Part shown: piece after piece, positions 21,589-30,139 of the stretch
Numbering within the stretch: position 1 is the first letter of the stretch
How the letters are laid out: each line of letters begins with the position of its first letter
Origin: Deinococcus radiodurans R1 = ATCC 13939 = DSM 20539
Lineage (GTDB): Bacteria; Deinococcota; Deinococci; Deinococcales; Deinococcaceae
DNA: 32,000 nucleotides
Direction: 5' to 3'
Assembly: GCF_000008565.1 (NCBI RefSeq)
Contig: NC_001263.1
Span: 675,776-707,775 of the forward strand
The notes under the pieces: generated by a model
What the model was told of the DNA's origin: nothing
Seen by the model: only the letters and a program-made list of their open reading frames with translations
Databases searched by the model: none
Program-made: the position numbers and the translations under genes

Positions 21589-24500
21589 GTGAAACGCGCC
21601 ATCACCACCCTGACGGCGGCGCTGCTGGGCGCGGCGGCCGCGCAGGAAATCGCCACCTCCCTGCCCCTGACCTCCGTCGGCAACAAGCTGATGTGGACGG
21701 TGGGCGACCAGGACCTGAAGCTGGTCGTGGGCGTCTCGTCGCGCGTGCAGCTCGATGTCTACGGAGCGCAGTTCGACCCGCAGGACTACCGCAGCCCCGA
21801 CTACTTCGGCGATGAGAACTACTCGACCGCTCGGCCCAAAGAGCCGGTTGCCAGCTCCTTCGTCTTGACCAATGCCGCCGGCGAGGTCGTCAAGGAATTT
21901 AACTACGGCGCCGGGGTGCAGGACTGGCAGACCTTCCTCAACCAGGACCTGCCCGCCGGTACCTACACCCTCAAGGTCCGCACCGAGGGCAACGGCAAAA
22001 ACACCTTCGCCTTCCGCCTGAACTCGATCAGCGCGGCGGTGCAGGCCGATCACCTCAACGTGACGGTCCGCAGCAACGACTGGGTGCCGGCGCTCAACGT
22101 CTACAACCCCGGCGGCCCTTTGACCGTCAAGATGTACGACGGCGACGGCCCGCAGGAACTCGAAGCCGAGCTGCGCGACGCGGCGGGCAACAGCTACCCG
22201 ATCAAGGTGAGCGGCCAGCTCGAGTGGGACGATATCCAGGTGCCTGAGGCGAAGGGCAACTACACGGTGTTCCTGCGCCAGCCGCAGGGCACCTTCCAGT
22301 ACTCCAACACCGTGGGCTTTCAGCTCACCGGCGCGCCGATCACGGTGGTCAATGCCGACACCACCGGCAAGCTGCAACTGGTGGCCGAACTGGTACTGCC
22401 GGACGAAACGCTGCCCACCCAGGCCACCGTGCAGGTCGGCGAACAGACCTACGAGGTGCAGGGCTCGGCGGGCCCGGTCACCCTGCCCGCGCAGGAGTAC
22501 CCGGTTAGCGCCGCGCCGATCAAGGGTGCCGAAGTCACGGTAGACCAGCCGGCGGTCACCGTCGAGAAGGAGCAGACCAAGACCGTCAAGGTGCAGGTCA
22601 AGCCCGACGTGGCCCTGAACTTCAGCGCCGACAAACCCGAAGTGTGTGTGGGCGACGTGGTGAAATTCACCGCCCGCGCCACCACCGAGTTCGAGCGTCA
22701 GGCGCTGCCCGCCACCGTGCAGGTCAAGCTGCCGGCAGGCTTTACCGCTGCTGGCGAAACCACCGTCACCGCCAGAGTGGACGCGAACAACCCCGGCGTG
22801 CTGGTCTTCGAGGCCAAGGCCGGCGCCGCCGCTGCCGGGGAGCAGCAGGTCACCGCGACCCTGCTGCCCTGGAACAAGACCCAGGACCTCGGCGTGCGGG
22901 TGCAGCCCACCGCCACCCAGATCGAGCTGCGCCGCAGTGACCTCGCCACCGCCCAGCCCGGCGACACGGTGACGGTCACGCTGACGCTGAAAAACACCAG
23001 CGGCGCCCCCGCGCCCTACCAGCTCACCGACCGCCCCGGCGAGCGCCTCGAAGCGCTGGACCCTGCCACCTTCAGCGGTGAACTTGCGCCCGGCGAGGAA
23101 AAGACCCTGAGCTACCGCGCCCGCGTGAAGGGCGAAGCGGCGGGCCAGAGTGACCTGCAAGCCACCCTGAGCAGCGCCTGCGACAGCCAGCAGACGGTGG
23201 CCGGCACCCTCAGCGTGACCCCGCCCCCGCCGCCCCCCGTCAAAACGGTGGTGGCGGTGCAGCGCGAGAGCACGGTCCGCATTCCCTTCGACTCGCCCAA
23301 GTCGGCGACCCAGATCGTCATTGCCCACCAGCCGCCCAAGGACTCGGTGTACGTGACGGGCAGCAGCGCCCTGAACGGCAAGAGTGTGGACGACCCCGAG
23401 ACCGGGCCCAGCGGGAAGCTGTACTGGACCACCCCCGGTGCGCCGCGCGGCGTGCTGACCTACAAGGTGACCCACGAAGGCGCGCTGGGCGCCCTGGAAA
23501 GCCCCACCCTGGTCGGCAAATACGCCAAGAACAACCTCGAAATTCTGGTTGGCGACGGGAATCTCGACGACCTCGGCAACCTGCGTAAGCTCAGTACCCA
23601 GGCCGAGGGCGAGGAAAACCCCGGCACTGTCCGGCTGCCGCTCGACGGCACCGTCTACCGTGACCGCGACCGCGTGACCGTGGCCGTGCAGGGCGCGGTG
23701 GACGACGAGGCGCTGCCGACCGTGAACGGTGTGGCCGTCGACGCCGCGACCCTCGGGAAAAAGGTCACCGACCCCGGCAAGGGCACACTGCGCCGCGAGT
23801 TCTTCGGGCAACTGCTCAAACCCGGCGAGAACGTCGTGTCCTACGGGGGCCAGCAGATCAAGGTGTACCTGGCGGGCACGCCGGTCAGCGCCGAACTGAC
23901 CCCGCTGCAACTCGTGGCCGACGGCGTGACCCCCATCAAGGTGGGCGTCAAGCTGCTCGACGCGGCGGGCATCGCCAACGGCACCTCGGTGACGGTGCAG
24001 ACCTCGCTCGAACCCGAGCGCCGGGACGCGCAGCCCACCGTGGGCAGCTACCAGATCCGGCTCAAAGACGGCGAAGGCGTGCTGGAAATGCAGCCGCTGG
24101 GCACCCCCACCCGCTTCGACGTGAAGGTGCTGGTGGGCGAAACCCCCATCAGCCGCAGCTTCGAGGCCGTGCCGAGCAAGACCCGCGTGGGCATCGGCAC
24201 CGTGAGCGTCGGGGCGCTGCTGGGTGCAGGAGGCGCGGCGGCTGGCGAAGCGCGGGCCGCCGGCTACCTCGAAACCCCCATCGGCGAGGGCAAACTGTAC
24301 GTGGCGGGCGCGGGCGCCGTGACCGCCGAGCCCGACCAGAACGGCCAGATCAAGTTCCAGCAAGACCGTCAGGCCGGGCTGCCCACCACCGCCAACCCGC
24401 TGGAGCGCTACCCCACCTACGGCGACTCCAGCACCCACGACATTCCCCTCCAGGGCATCGACCCGGTGGCCTTTCGCTACGAGCACCCGAGCTTCAATGT

Positions 24501-26565
24501 GCAGTACCGCCAGTCGGCGCTGCCGGTGGACGTGTTTAACCTCGGCATCAACCCCACGGCGCTCAGCGGCTTTACCCGCACCAACCCGCAGGTGTCGGGC
24601 TTCGTGGCGGCGCTGCCCAAGGACGAGGTGCGCGCCGAGTTTCCCGCCAACGGCACCCGCGTCCTGAGCCTGGGCCGCGCGGGGCTGCTGCCCGATAGCG
24701 AAGTCGTCGAACTGGTGTCGGTGGACGCCCGCACGGGCGCCGAGCGCATCACCACCTTGCAGCGCCTGCGCGAGTACACCGTGGACTACGCCAGCGGCGT
24801 CATCTACTTCCAGAAAGCCGTCGGGCTGACCGACGTGGACGGCAATCCGCAGGTGGTACGTGTGCGCTACCGCCTCGACGACGCGATGGCCCAGCGGCAG
24901 GTCGCCTGGGGCGTGCAGGCCAGCTCGCGGCTGCTCGATGATCGTCTGGTGCTCGGCGCCGCCGCCGTGCAACTCGACGGCGCGACCAGCATCGGCGTGC
25001 GCGCCCGGTACGCCGACGGTATCAGCCGCGCCGACCTGCTCGCGGCCTACAGCGGCGGCGTACTGGTCAACGGCACCGCCGACATGAAGACCGAGCGCCT
25101 GGAGGCCCGCGCCAGCGTGCGCTATCAGGACCCCGGCTACCACGGCCTGAACCGGGTCGAGGACGGCATCGCCGCCGACGCCCGCGCCAACTACAAGCTG
25201 ACCGACCGCCTGGGTGTGGGCGTCACGGGCTATTACCGCAAAGACATCGACACCGACGGCAAAACCGAAGGCGACCGCAACGGGGGCTACGCCGACGTGC
25301 GGGCAACCTACGACTTCAAGCCCTTCAGTGTGGGTCTGGGCGTCCGCGCCGGCTTCGGTGACCAGCGCGGCTTCGGCGTGGTCGGCAGTGCGGGCTACAG
25401 TCAGAACGGCTACGTGGTCAAGGTCGAGCACGCCCAGCCCCTCGGCGGCGAGCTGACCCCGACCACCACCGTGAGTGCCACCGCGCCCGTCACCGAAAAC
25501 GTGACCCTGACTGCCCGCGACGAAGTGCGCTGGGGTCAGGACAGCCGCGCGTCCATCGGCCTGAACTCGCGCTTCGGCATGACGAACATCGCCGTCAACT
25601 ACGACCTGCCCGGCGCCGACGGCTGGGGCAACCGCGCCCGCTTCGGGGTGGACACGGCGCTGCCGCTGAGCGACAAGCTGTCGCTGGGCCTGAACGCCGG
25701 CTACCTGCTCGACCTGGCCGGCGACGGCGACGGCTGGAACGCCGGAGCGAGCCTGCGCTACAAGGACGAGCGCCTGGTCGCCACCCTCGGCAGCGACGTG
25801 GCCCACAAGAACGACGGCTTCCGGGTGGCCTTTAAAGGCGGGGCGAGCTACTCGCTCAACGACCGCCTGACCGTGAGCGCCGACGCGACCCACGTGACGG
25901 GGCCGCAGCCCACCGACGCGGGCACCAACGTCGCCCTGAGCGCGGCGCTGCGGGCCAGCCAGTGGCAGGGCCTCGCCTACCTGCGCTACAAGGACGGCGC
26001 TCTGGCCGCCCAACGACCCGAAGTCATCGGCGAAGCGAACATCGAATACCACGTGCCGCGCTACGCCCTGCGTGGCGGCATCGCGGGCCGGATGCTGCTC
26101 CAGCAGCCCGAAAGTGCGACCTATCAGGTCTCGGCGAGCGGCACCTACTACTTCACCGACCGCCTGGGCCTGGGCCTTGCCGGACGCGCCCTGCTCCAGC
26201 CGGCCACCGGCTACCAGGGCTACAGCTTCGGGGTCGAGGGCAGCGTGCGCGCCCTGCCCGGCACCTGGGTCACGCTGGGCTACAACCCGGTGGGCTTCAG
26301 CGGCATCAACTCCAACCTCTACACCCGCCAGGGGGCCTATGTGCGCCTCGACCTGATGTTCGATGATGGGCAGTACGGCGGCGACACGCAGCCGGCCCAA
26401 TCGCAGGTTCAGCCGCAAGGCTCCCAGGTCCAGCCCGCCGCGCCGCAGGGTCGGCAGCCTGCCCCGGTGAATCTGAACTTGCAAGGGCAGCGCGGTGACT
26501 TGCCGCCCACCGATGCCACTGTGGCCGCGCCTGTGCCGGCCCCCGCCCCGACGGAGGGAAAATAA
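21589..26565 (+). CDS. Giant secreted protein (1658 aa): N-terminal Ig-like/DUF11/Big_1-like domain array plus a large C-terminal outer-membrane beta-barrel-like region and a Pro/Gln-rich tail (cluster gene 3; candidate usher/anchor)
   Basis: The GTG at 21589 lies 2 nt after the gene 2 stop, with GGAGG 9 nt upstream. The signal peptide is MKRAITTLTAALLGAAAA|QE. A DUF11-like module reads AQPGDTVTVTLTLKNTSGAPAPYQLTDRPGERL. A Big_1-like module reads LQLVADGVTPIKVGVKLLDAAGIANGTSVTVQTS. From about nt 24170 there are long runs of short alternating amphipathic strands rich in G/Y/R/D, ending in the beta-signal-like GAYVRLDLMF. Confidence 0.85.
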   Translation: MKRAITTLTAALLGAAAAQEIATSLPLTSVGNKLMWTVGDQDLKLVVGVSSRVQLDVYGAQFDPQDYRSPDYFGDENYSTARPKEPVASSFVLTNAAGEVVKEFNYGAGVQDWQTFLNQDLPAGTYTLKVRTEGNGKNTFAFRLNSISAAVQADHLNVTVRSNDWVPALNVYNPGGPLTVKMYDGDGPQELEAELRDAAGNSYPIKVSGQLEWDDIQVPEAKGNYTVFLRQPQGTFQYSNTVGFQLTGAPITVVNADTTGKLQLVAELVLPDETLPTQATVQVGEQTYEVQGSAGPVTLPAQEYPVSAAPIKGAEVTVDQPAVTVEKEQTKTVKVQVKPDVALNFSADKPEVCVGDVVKFTARATTEFERQALPATVQVKLPAGFTAAGETTVTARVDANNPGVLVFEAKAGAAAAGEQQVTATLLPWNKTQDLGVRVQPTATQIELRRSDLATAQPGDTVTVTLTLKNTSGAPAPYQLTDRPGERLEALDPATFSGELAPGEEKTLSYRARVKGEAAGQSDLQATLSSACDSQQTVAGTLSVTPPPPPPVKTVVAVQRESTVRIPFDSPKSATQIVIAHQPPKDSVYVTGSSALNGKSVDDPETGPSGKLYWTTPGAPRGVLTYKVTHEGALGALESPTLVGKYAKNNLEILVGDGNLDDLGNLRKLSTQAEGEENPGTVRLPLDGTVYRDRDRVTVAVQGAVDDEALPTVNGVAVDAATLGKKVTDPGKGTLRREFFGQLLKPGENVVSYGGQQIKVYLAGTPVSAELTPLQLVADGVTPIKVGVKLLDAAGIANGTSVTVQTSLEPERRDAQPTVGSYQIRLKDGEGVLEMQPLGTPTRFDVKVLVGETPISRSFEAVPSKTRVGIGTVSVGALLGAGGAAAGEARAAGYLETPIGEGKLYVAGAGAVTAEPDQNGQIKFQQDRQAGLPTTANPLERYPTYGDSSTHDIPLQGIDPVAFRYEHPSFNVQYRQSALPVDVFNLGINPTALSGFTRTNPQVSGFVAALPKDEVRAEFPANGTRVLSLGRAGLLPDSEVVELVSVDARTGAERITTLQRLREYTVDYASGVIYFQKAVGLTDVDGNPQVVRVRYRLDDAMAQRQVAWGVQASSRLLDDRLVLGAAAVQLDGATSIGVRARYADGISRADLLAAYSGGVLVNGTADMKTERLEARASVRYQDPGYHGLNRVEDGIAADARANYKLTDRLGVGVTGYYRKDIDTDGKTEGDRNGGYADVRATYDFKPFSVGLGVRAGFGDQRGFGVVGSAGYSQNGYVVKVEHAQPLGGELTPTTTVSATAPVTENVTLTARDEVRWGQDSRASIGLNSRFGMTNIAVNYDLPGADGWGNRARFGVDTALPLSDKLSLGLNAGYLLDLAGDGDGWNAGASLRYKDERLVATLGSDVAHKNDGFRVAFKGGASYSLNDRLTVSADATHVTGPQPTDAGTNVALSAALRASQWQGLAYLRYKDGALAAQRPEVIGEANIEYHVPRYALRGGIAGRMLLQQPESATYQVSASGTYYFTDRLGLGLAGRALLQPATGYQGYSFGVEGSVRALPGTWVTLGYNPVGFSGINSNLYTRQGAYVRLDLMFDDGQYGGDTQPAQSQVQPQGSQVQPAAPQGRQPAPVNLNLQGQRGDLPPTDATVAAPVPAPAPTEGK

Positions 26566-29220
26566 ATGAAGGGTCAGTCTCTCTCTCAAGCGGCGCTCAG
26601 TGGGCCAACCCTTGCCAGGCCAGGGCGATACAGGCGTTCTCTGATGAGCCGTCTACTGGTCCTGACGACGGCCCTGGGCGGCGCCCTGACGGTGGCCGGA
26701 GCAGGCGCGGCCCCTGCCACCAGAACCGACCTCGCTGTCTACAAGTATGTAGACCTCACCAACAGCCGTGATCCCAATATCAGCAAGTTCTATGTGGGCG
26801 ACACCGTGCGCTACTCGTTGCAGGTCGTCAACAACGGCTCGCTGGCGGTCAGTGGCGCCGCGCTGACCGACGTGGCCGAGCCCGGTCTGGAGGGTCTGAC
26901 CTGGACCTGTAGCGTGGTCCGGGGCGACGCGCAGTGTCCGGCGGCGTCCGGCACCGGGCTCCCCAACTTCAGCATTCCCCGACTGGGCGCAGACAGCGAG
27001 CTGAAGATCACCTACACGGCCAAAGTCACGGCGGTGGACCCGCAGCTGACGAACACGGCCCAGATCATCCCGCCGGCAGGAATCACCGACATCAACCCGG
27101 CCAACAACAAAGACACGGTCTATATCTGCACCTTCGACGTCAATCGCCCGCGCGAAACCACCCTGACACTCGCCAAGAGCAGCAACGGTCCGTGGACGGT
27201 GGGTCAGAGTGGGGCGCTCTACACCCTGACGATAGGCAACGAAGCCAACTTCGACAGCCAGGGCACGGTCACGGTGCGCGACCTGTTGCCCAACGGGATC
27301 ACGCCGCTGAGCAGCAGCTTTGCGCCTGCGCCGAACTGGGGCTGCACCGTGAGCGGCCAGCTCGTGACCTGCACGACCTCGCAGCCGATTGTCGCCACCA
27401 AGACCGTGACCATCACCATCCCGGTCAATGTGGGCGCCGCCGCTGTGGGCACTGTGACCAACCGGGCAGCAGTGGGCGGCGGCGGCGACCCGGACCCCAT
27501 TCCAAATCCCGCCACCTGCACGCCGGGCACGGGCAATCCGGCCAACCAGTGCGCCCAGACGACCACCGTGGTCACGGGGTCGACTCCGCCCGACGCGCCC
27601 GACGTGCCGGTGCCCACCCAATGTTCCAACCTCTACGGTCTGATGTTCACCAGCCCTAACTCGCTGAGTGGCCGCAGCATCAACCTGCTTGACCCCAGCA
27701 CCAACGCGGTAGGCACGCGTGTGGCGACCTTGCCCACGTTGGGCCGCCATGCCCTGACGTCAGCCGCCCTGGCAGTCTCACCCGACAGCCAGACGTTCTA
27801 TGTGGCGACGGACGCCTATCTCGGCGATTCGGACGCTCTGTGGAGTTATAACTCGTCGACGGCTCGCTGGTCCCGGGTCGGCGGTTTCGGCGGCGTGACT
27901 GGCCGCATCGTGCGGATGGCCATGACCAGCAGCGGGGTCGGTTATGCCATGGATTCGGACGGGAACTTCTGGAGCTTTGCGGGGGCAGGGAACATCAGGC
28001 TGCTGGGCAAGCTGACGCCTTCGGGGACCAATGTTCCCGGCTTCTATGAAAACGGCGACTTTTTCGCGGCGGCGGACGGCAAGCTCTACCTGCTCAGCGC
28101 ACAGACCGGGGGCAACGTCGGCCTGTGGTTCGTGGACCCCCGCACCCTCAAGGCCGAGTACCTGGGCAACCTGACCAGCACGTCGGGAAGTGTGCAGTAC
28201 AACGGCCTCGCCGCGCTGCCGAGCGGCATCTACGCGGCCAACTCGGCGGGGAATCTGGCGACCATCGACCTGGCGACCGTCACCCTGAAGACGGTGGGCA
28301 CTGCCAACATCGGCTCGGCTGACCTCGCCAGCTGCACTTACCCCGATTTCTCGCCACGTATCGAAGTCACCAAGAGTGCTCAGAAGGTCGGCGGGGACCT
28401 GTCGACCCCCGTGGTGCAGCCCGGCGACGTGCTCGAATACACCATCGTCGTGCGTAACTCTGGGCAGTTGCCCGCAGGCGGAGTGGTCGCCACCGACCCG
28501 CTGCCCGAGGGCGTGACCTACGTGCCGGACAGCGCCCGTGTCAACAACGCGACCTTCACGGTCTACAACGGCAGGCAGGTCAACCTCGGCGGGGCCGCCT
28601 ATCCCTTCGCGCAGCCGGTGGGCGTGTGCAGCCTGAGCAGCGGCGCCTGCGTCAACCAGGTGCTGCGGGTGGACACGACGCCCGGCGTCCTTGATCAGGA
28701 AGCGGTGGTCACCTTCCGTGTGAAGGTGGACGACCCCTTTACCAAGGCCGACAGCAAGGTGCTCAACCAGGCCGTCGTGACCTACACCGATGGCAACACC
28801 CCGCCCAAGCCGATTCCCAGCAACCCGGTGGACGTGCCGGTCAACCGCCCGGTCAAGATCAACGCCATCAAGACCGTGCAGAACATGACGGCGGGCACCC
28901 CGGCGGCCACCACCGGCAGCGGCAAGCCCGGCGACGTGCTGGAATACTGCATCACGACCAGCAACGTGGGCAGCGGCGTGGCGGCCAACATGCGCTTTGC
29001 CGACAGCGTGCCGGTCAACACCACCTTCCAGCTCGGCGGTTACGGCCTGGCAGGCCAGGACATTCGTTACACCGGCCCGTCGGGCACGCAGTTCCTCAGC
29101 GCGGCTGACGACGGCGATGCGGGCAGCCTCAACACTGGCCGCGTGCTGGTCAATGGCCTCCCCGCGCGTCTGGAGCCGGGGCAGCAGTATCAGGTCTGCT
29201 TCCGCGCGACCATCAAATAA
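26566..29220 (+). CDS. Secreted DUF11 repeat protein with a central beta-propeller-like insertion (cluster gene 4; candidate adhesin)
   Basis: The ATG abuts the gene 3 stop (TAAATG) with GGAGGG 8 nt upstream. The hydrophobic signal is SRLLVLTTALGGALTVAGAGA after an RR-containing n-region. DUF11 modules include GDVLEYTIVVRNSGQLPAGGVVATDPLPEGVTYV and GDVLEYCITTSNVGSGVAANMRFADSVPVNTTF. A central block of about 240 aa lies between two Cys residues and has repeated short strand motifs (FYVATD, GYAMDSDGNFWSF, GKLYLLSAQ, GIYAANSAGNLATIDL). Confidence 0.85.
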   Translation: MKGQSLSQAALSGPTLARPGRYRRSLMSRLLVLTTALGGALTVAGAGAAPATRTDLAVYKYVDLTNSRDPNISKFYVGDTVRYSLQVVNNGSLAVSGAALTDVAEPGLEGLTWTCSVVRGDAQCPAASGTGLPNFSIPRLGADSELKITYTAKVTAVDPQLTNTAQIIPPAGITDINPANNKDTVYICTFDVNRPRETTLTLAKSSNGPWTVGQSGALYTLTIGNEANFDSQGTVTVRDLLPNGITPLSSSFAPAPNWGCTVSGQLVTCTTSQPIVATKTVTITIPVNVGAAAVGTVTNRAAVGGGGDPDPIPNPATCTPGTGNPANQCAQTTTVVTGSTPPDAPDVPVPTQCSNLYGLMFTSPNSLSGRSINLLDPSTNAVGTRVATLPTLGRHALTSAALAVSPDSQTFYVATDAYLGDSDALWSYNSSTARWSRVGGFGGVTGRIVRMAMTSSGVGYAMDSDGNFWSFAGAGNIRLLGKLTPSGTNVPGFYENGDFFAAADGKLYLLSAQTGGNVGLWFVDPRTLKAEYLGNLTSTSGSVQYNGLAALPSGIYAANSAGNLATIDLATVTLKTVGTANIGSADLASCTYPDFSPRIEVTKSAQKVGGDLSTPVVQPGDVLEYTIVVRNSGQLPAGGVVATDPLPEGVTYVPDSARVNNATFTVYNGRQVNLGGAAYPFAQPVGVCSLSSGACVNQVLRVDTTPGVLDQEAVVTFRVKVDDPFTKADSKVLNQAVVTYTDGNTPPKPIPSNPVDVPVNRPVKINAIKTVQNMTAGTPAATTGSGKPGDVLEYCITTSNVGSGVAANMRFADSVPVNTTFQLGGYGLAGQDIRYTGPSGTQFLSAADDGDAGSLNTGRVLVNGLPARLEPGQQYQVCFRATIK

Positions 29221-29238
29221 CCCCTTAGTTTCCTGAGC

Positions 29239-29268
29239 AGGCCGTCTCCCCGTGAGGCGGTCTGTTTT
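29239..29268 (+). terminator. Terminator-like hairpin after cluster gene 4
   Basis: AGGCCGTC with GGCGGTCT forms an 8-bp stem including two G-T pairs, with a 9-nt loop, followed by GTTTTGCGTTTG. Confidence 0.5.
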
Positions 29269-29379
29269 GCGTTTGCCTTCGCCGCGCGGCAAGCTCCGGG
29301 AAAAGAACGAAAAGCCAAAGGCCCGCTGAACCCGCCGCGCCCGGTCAGGCGGCAGACTACCCGGCAAAGGAGTCCACCC

Positions 29380-30123
29380 ATGACCGACCAACCCGACCTG
29401 TTCGGCCTTGCGCCGGATGCGCCCAGGCCCATCATTCCGGCCAACTTGCCTGAAGACTGGCAAGAGGCGCTGCTGCCCGAGTTCTCCGCGCCCTATTTCC
29501 ATGAATTGACCGACTTTCTGCGCCAGGAACGCAAGGAGTACACCATCTACCCGCCCGCCCCCGACGTGTTCAATGCCCTGCGCTACACGCCGCTCGGAGA
29601 GGTCAAGGTGCTGATTCTCGGCCAGGACCCCTACCACGGCCCCAATCAGGCGCATGGCCTGAGCTTTTCCGTCCGGCCCGGCGTGCGCGTGCCGCCGAGC
29701 CTGCGCAACATCTACAAGGAACTCACCGAGGACATCCCCGGCTTCGTGGCGCCCAAGCACGGGTATCTGCGTTCATGGGCCGAGCAGGGCGTCTTGCTGC
29801 TCAATGCCGTGCTCACGGTGCGGGCGGGGCAGGCCAACAGCCACCAGGGCAAAGGCTGGGAACACTTCACCGACGCGGTGATCAAGGCCGTCAACGCCAA
29901 AGAGGAGCGCGTCGTCTTTATCCTCTGGGGCAGCTACGCCCGCAAGAAAAAGAAGCTGATTACCGGCAAAAACCACGTCGTCATCGAGTCGGGGCATCCC
30001 TCGCCGCTCAGCGAACAGTATTTCTTCGGCACCCGGCCCTTTTCCAAGACCAATGAGGCGCTGGAAAAAGCCGGGCGCGGGCCGGTGGAGTGGCAGTTGC
30101 CGGCCACGGTGACGGAGGAATGA
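29380..30123 (+). CDS. ung: Uracil-DNA glycosylase, family 1
   Basis: The motifs [18 protein letters not shown] and GHPSPLS are present. AAGGAG lies upstream of the ATG. Confidence 0.95.
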   Translation: MTDQPDLFGLAPDAPRPIIPANLPEDWQEALLPEFSAPYFHELTDFLRQERKEYTIYPPAPDVFNALRYTPLGEVKVLILGQDPYHGPNQAHGLSFSVRPGVRVPPSLRNIYKELTEDIPGFVAPKHGYLRSWAEQGVLLLNAVLTVRAGQANSHQGKGWEHFTDAVIKAVNAKEERVVFILWGSYARKKKKLITGKNHVVIESGHPSPLSEQYFFGTRPFSKTNEALEKAGRGPVEWQLPATVTEE

Positions 30124-30139
30124 AGGTGAGGCACAACTG

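Noticed and set aside
26644-26646. Alternative start for gene 4 at ATG 26644 (MSRLLVLTT...)
   Set aside because: It would give a textbook short signal peptide but has no Shine-Dalgarno sequence. The ATG at 26566 abuts the gene 3 stop and follows GGAGGG. I kept 26566, but this remains uncertain.
18290-29760. Minus-strand ORFs of 1016, 1690, 365 and 660 aa opposite the surface-protein cluster
   Set aside because: These are striking in length, and the 1690-aa one is longer than the sense gene. However, the sense frames carry signal peptides, ribosome sites, coupled junctions and recognisable DUF11/Ig modules. The antisense translations are Gly/Arg/Val/His/Ala-rich without any motif. Strong GC3 bias in the sense frame removes stops from the antisense frame.
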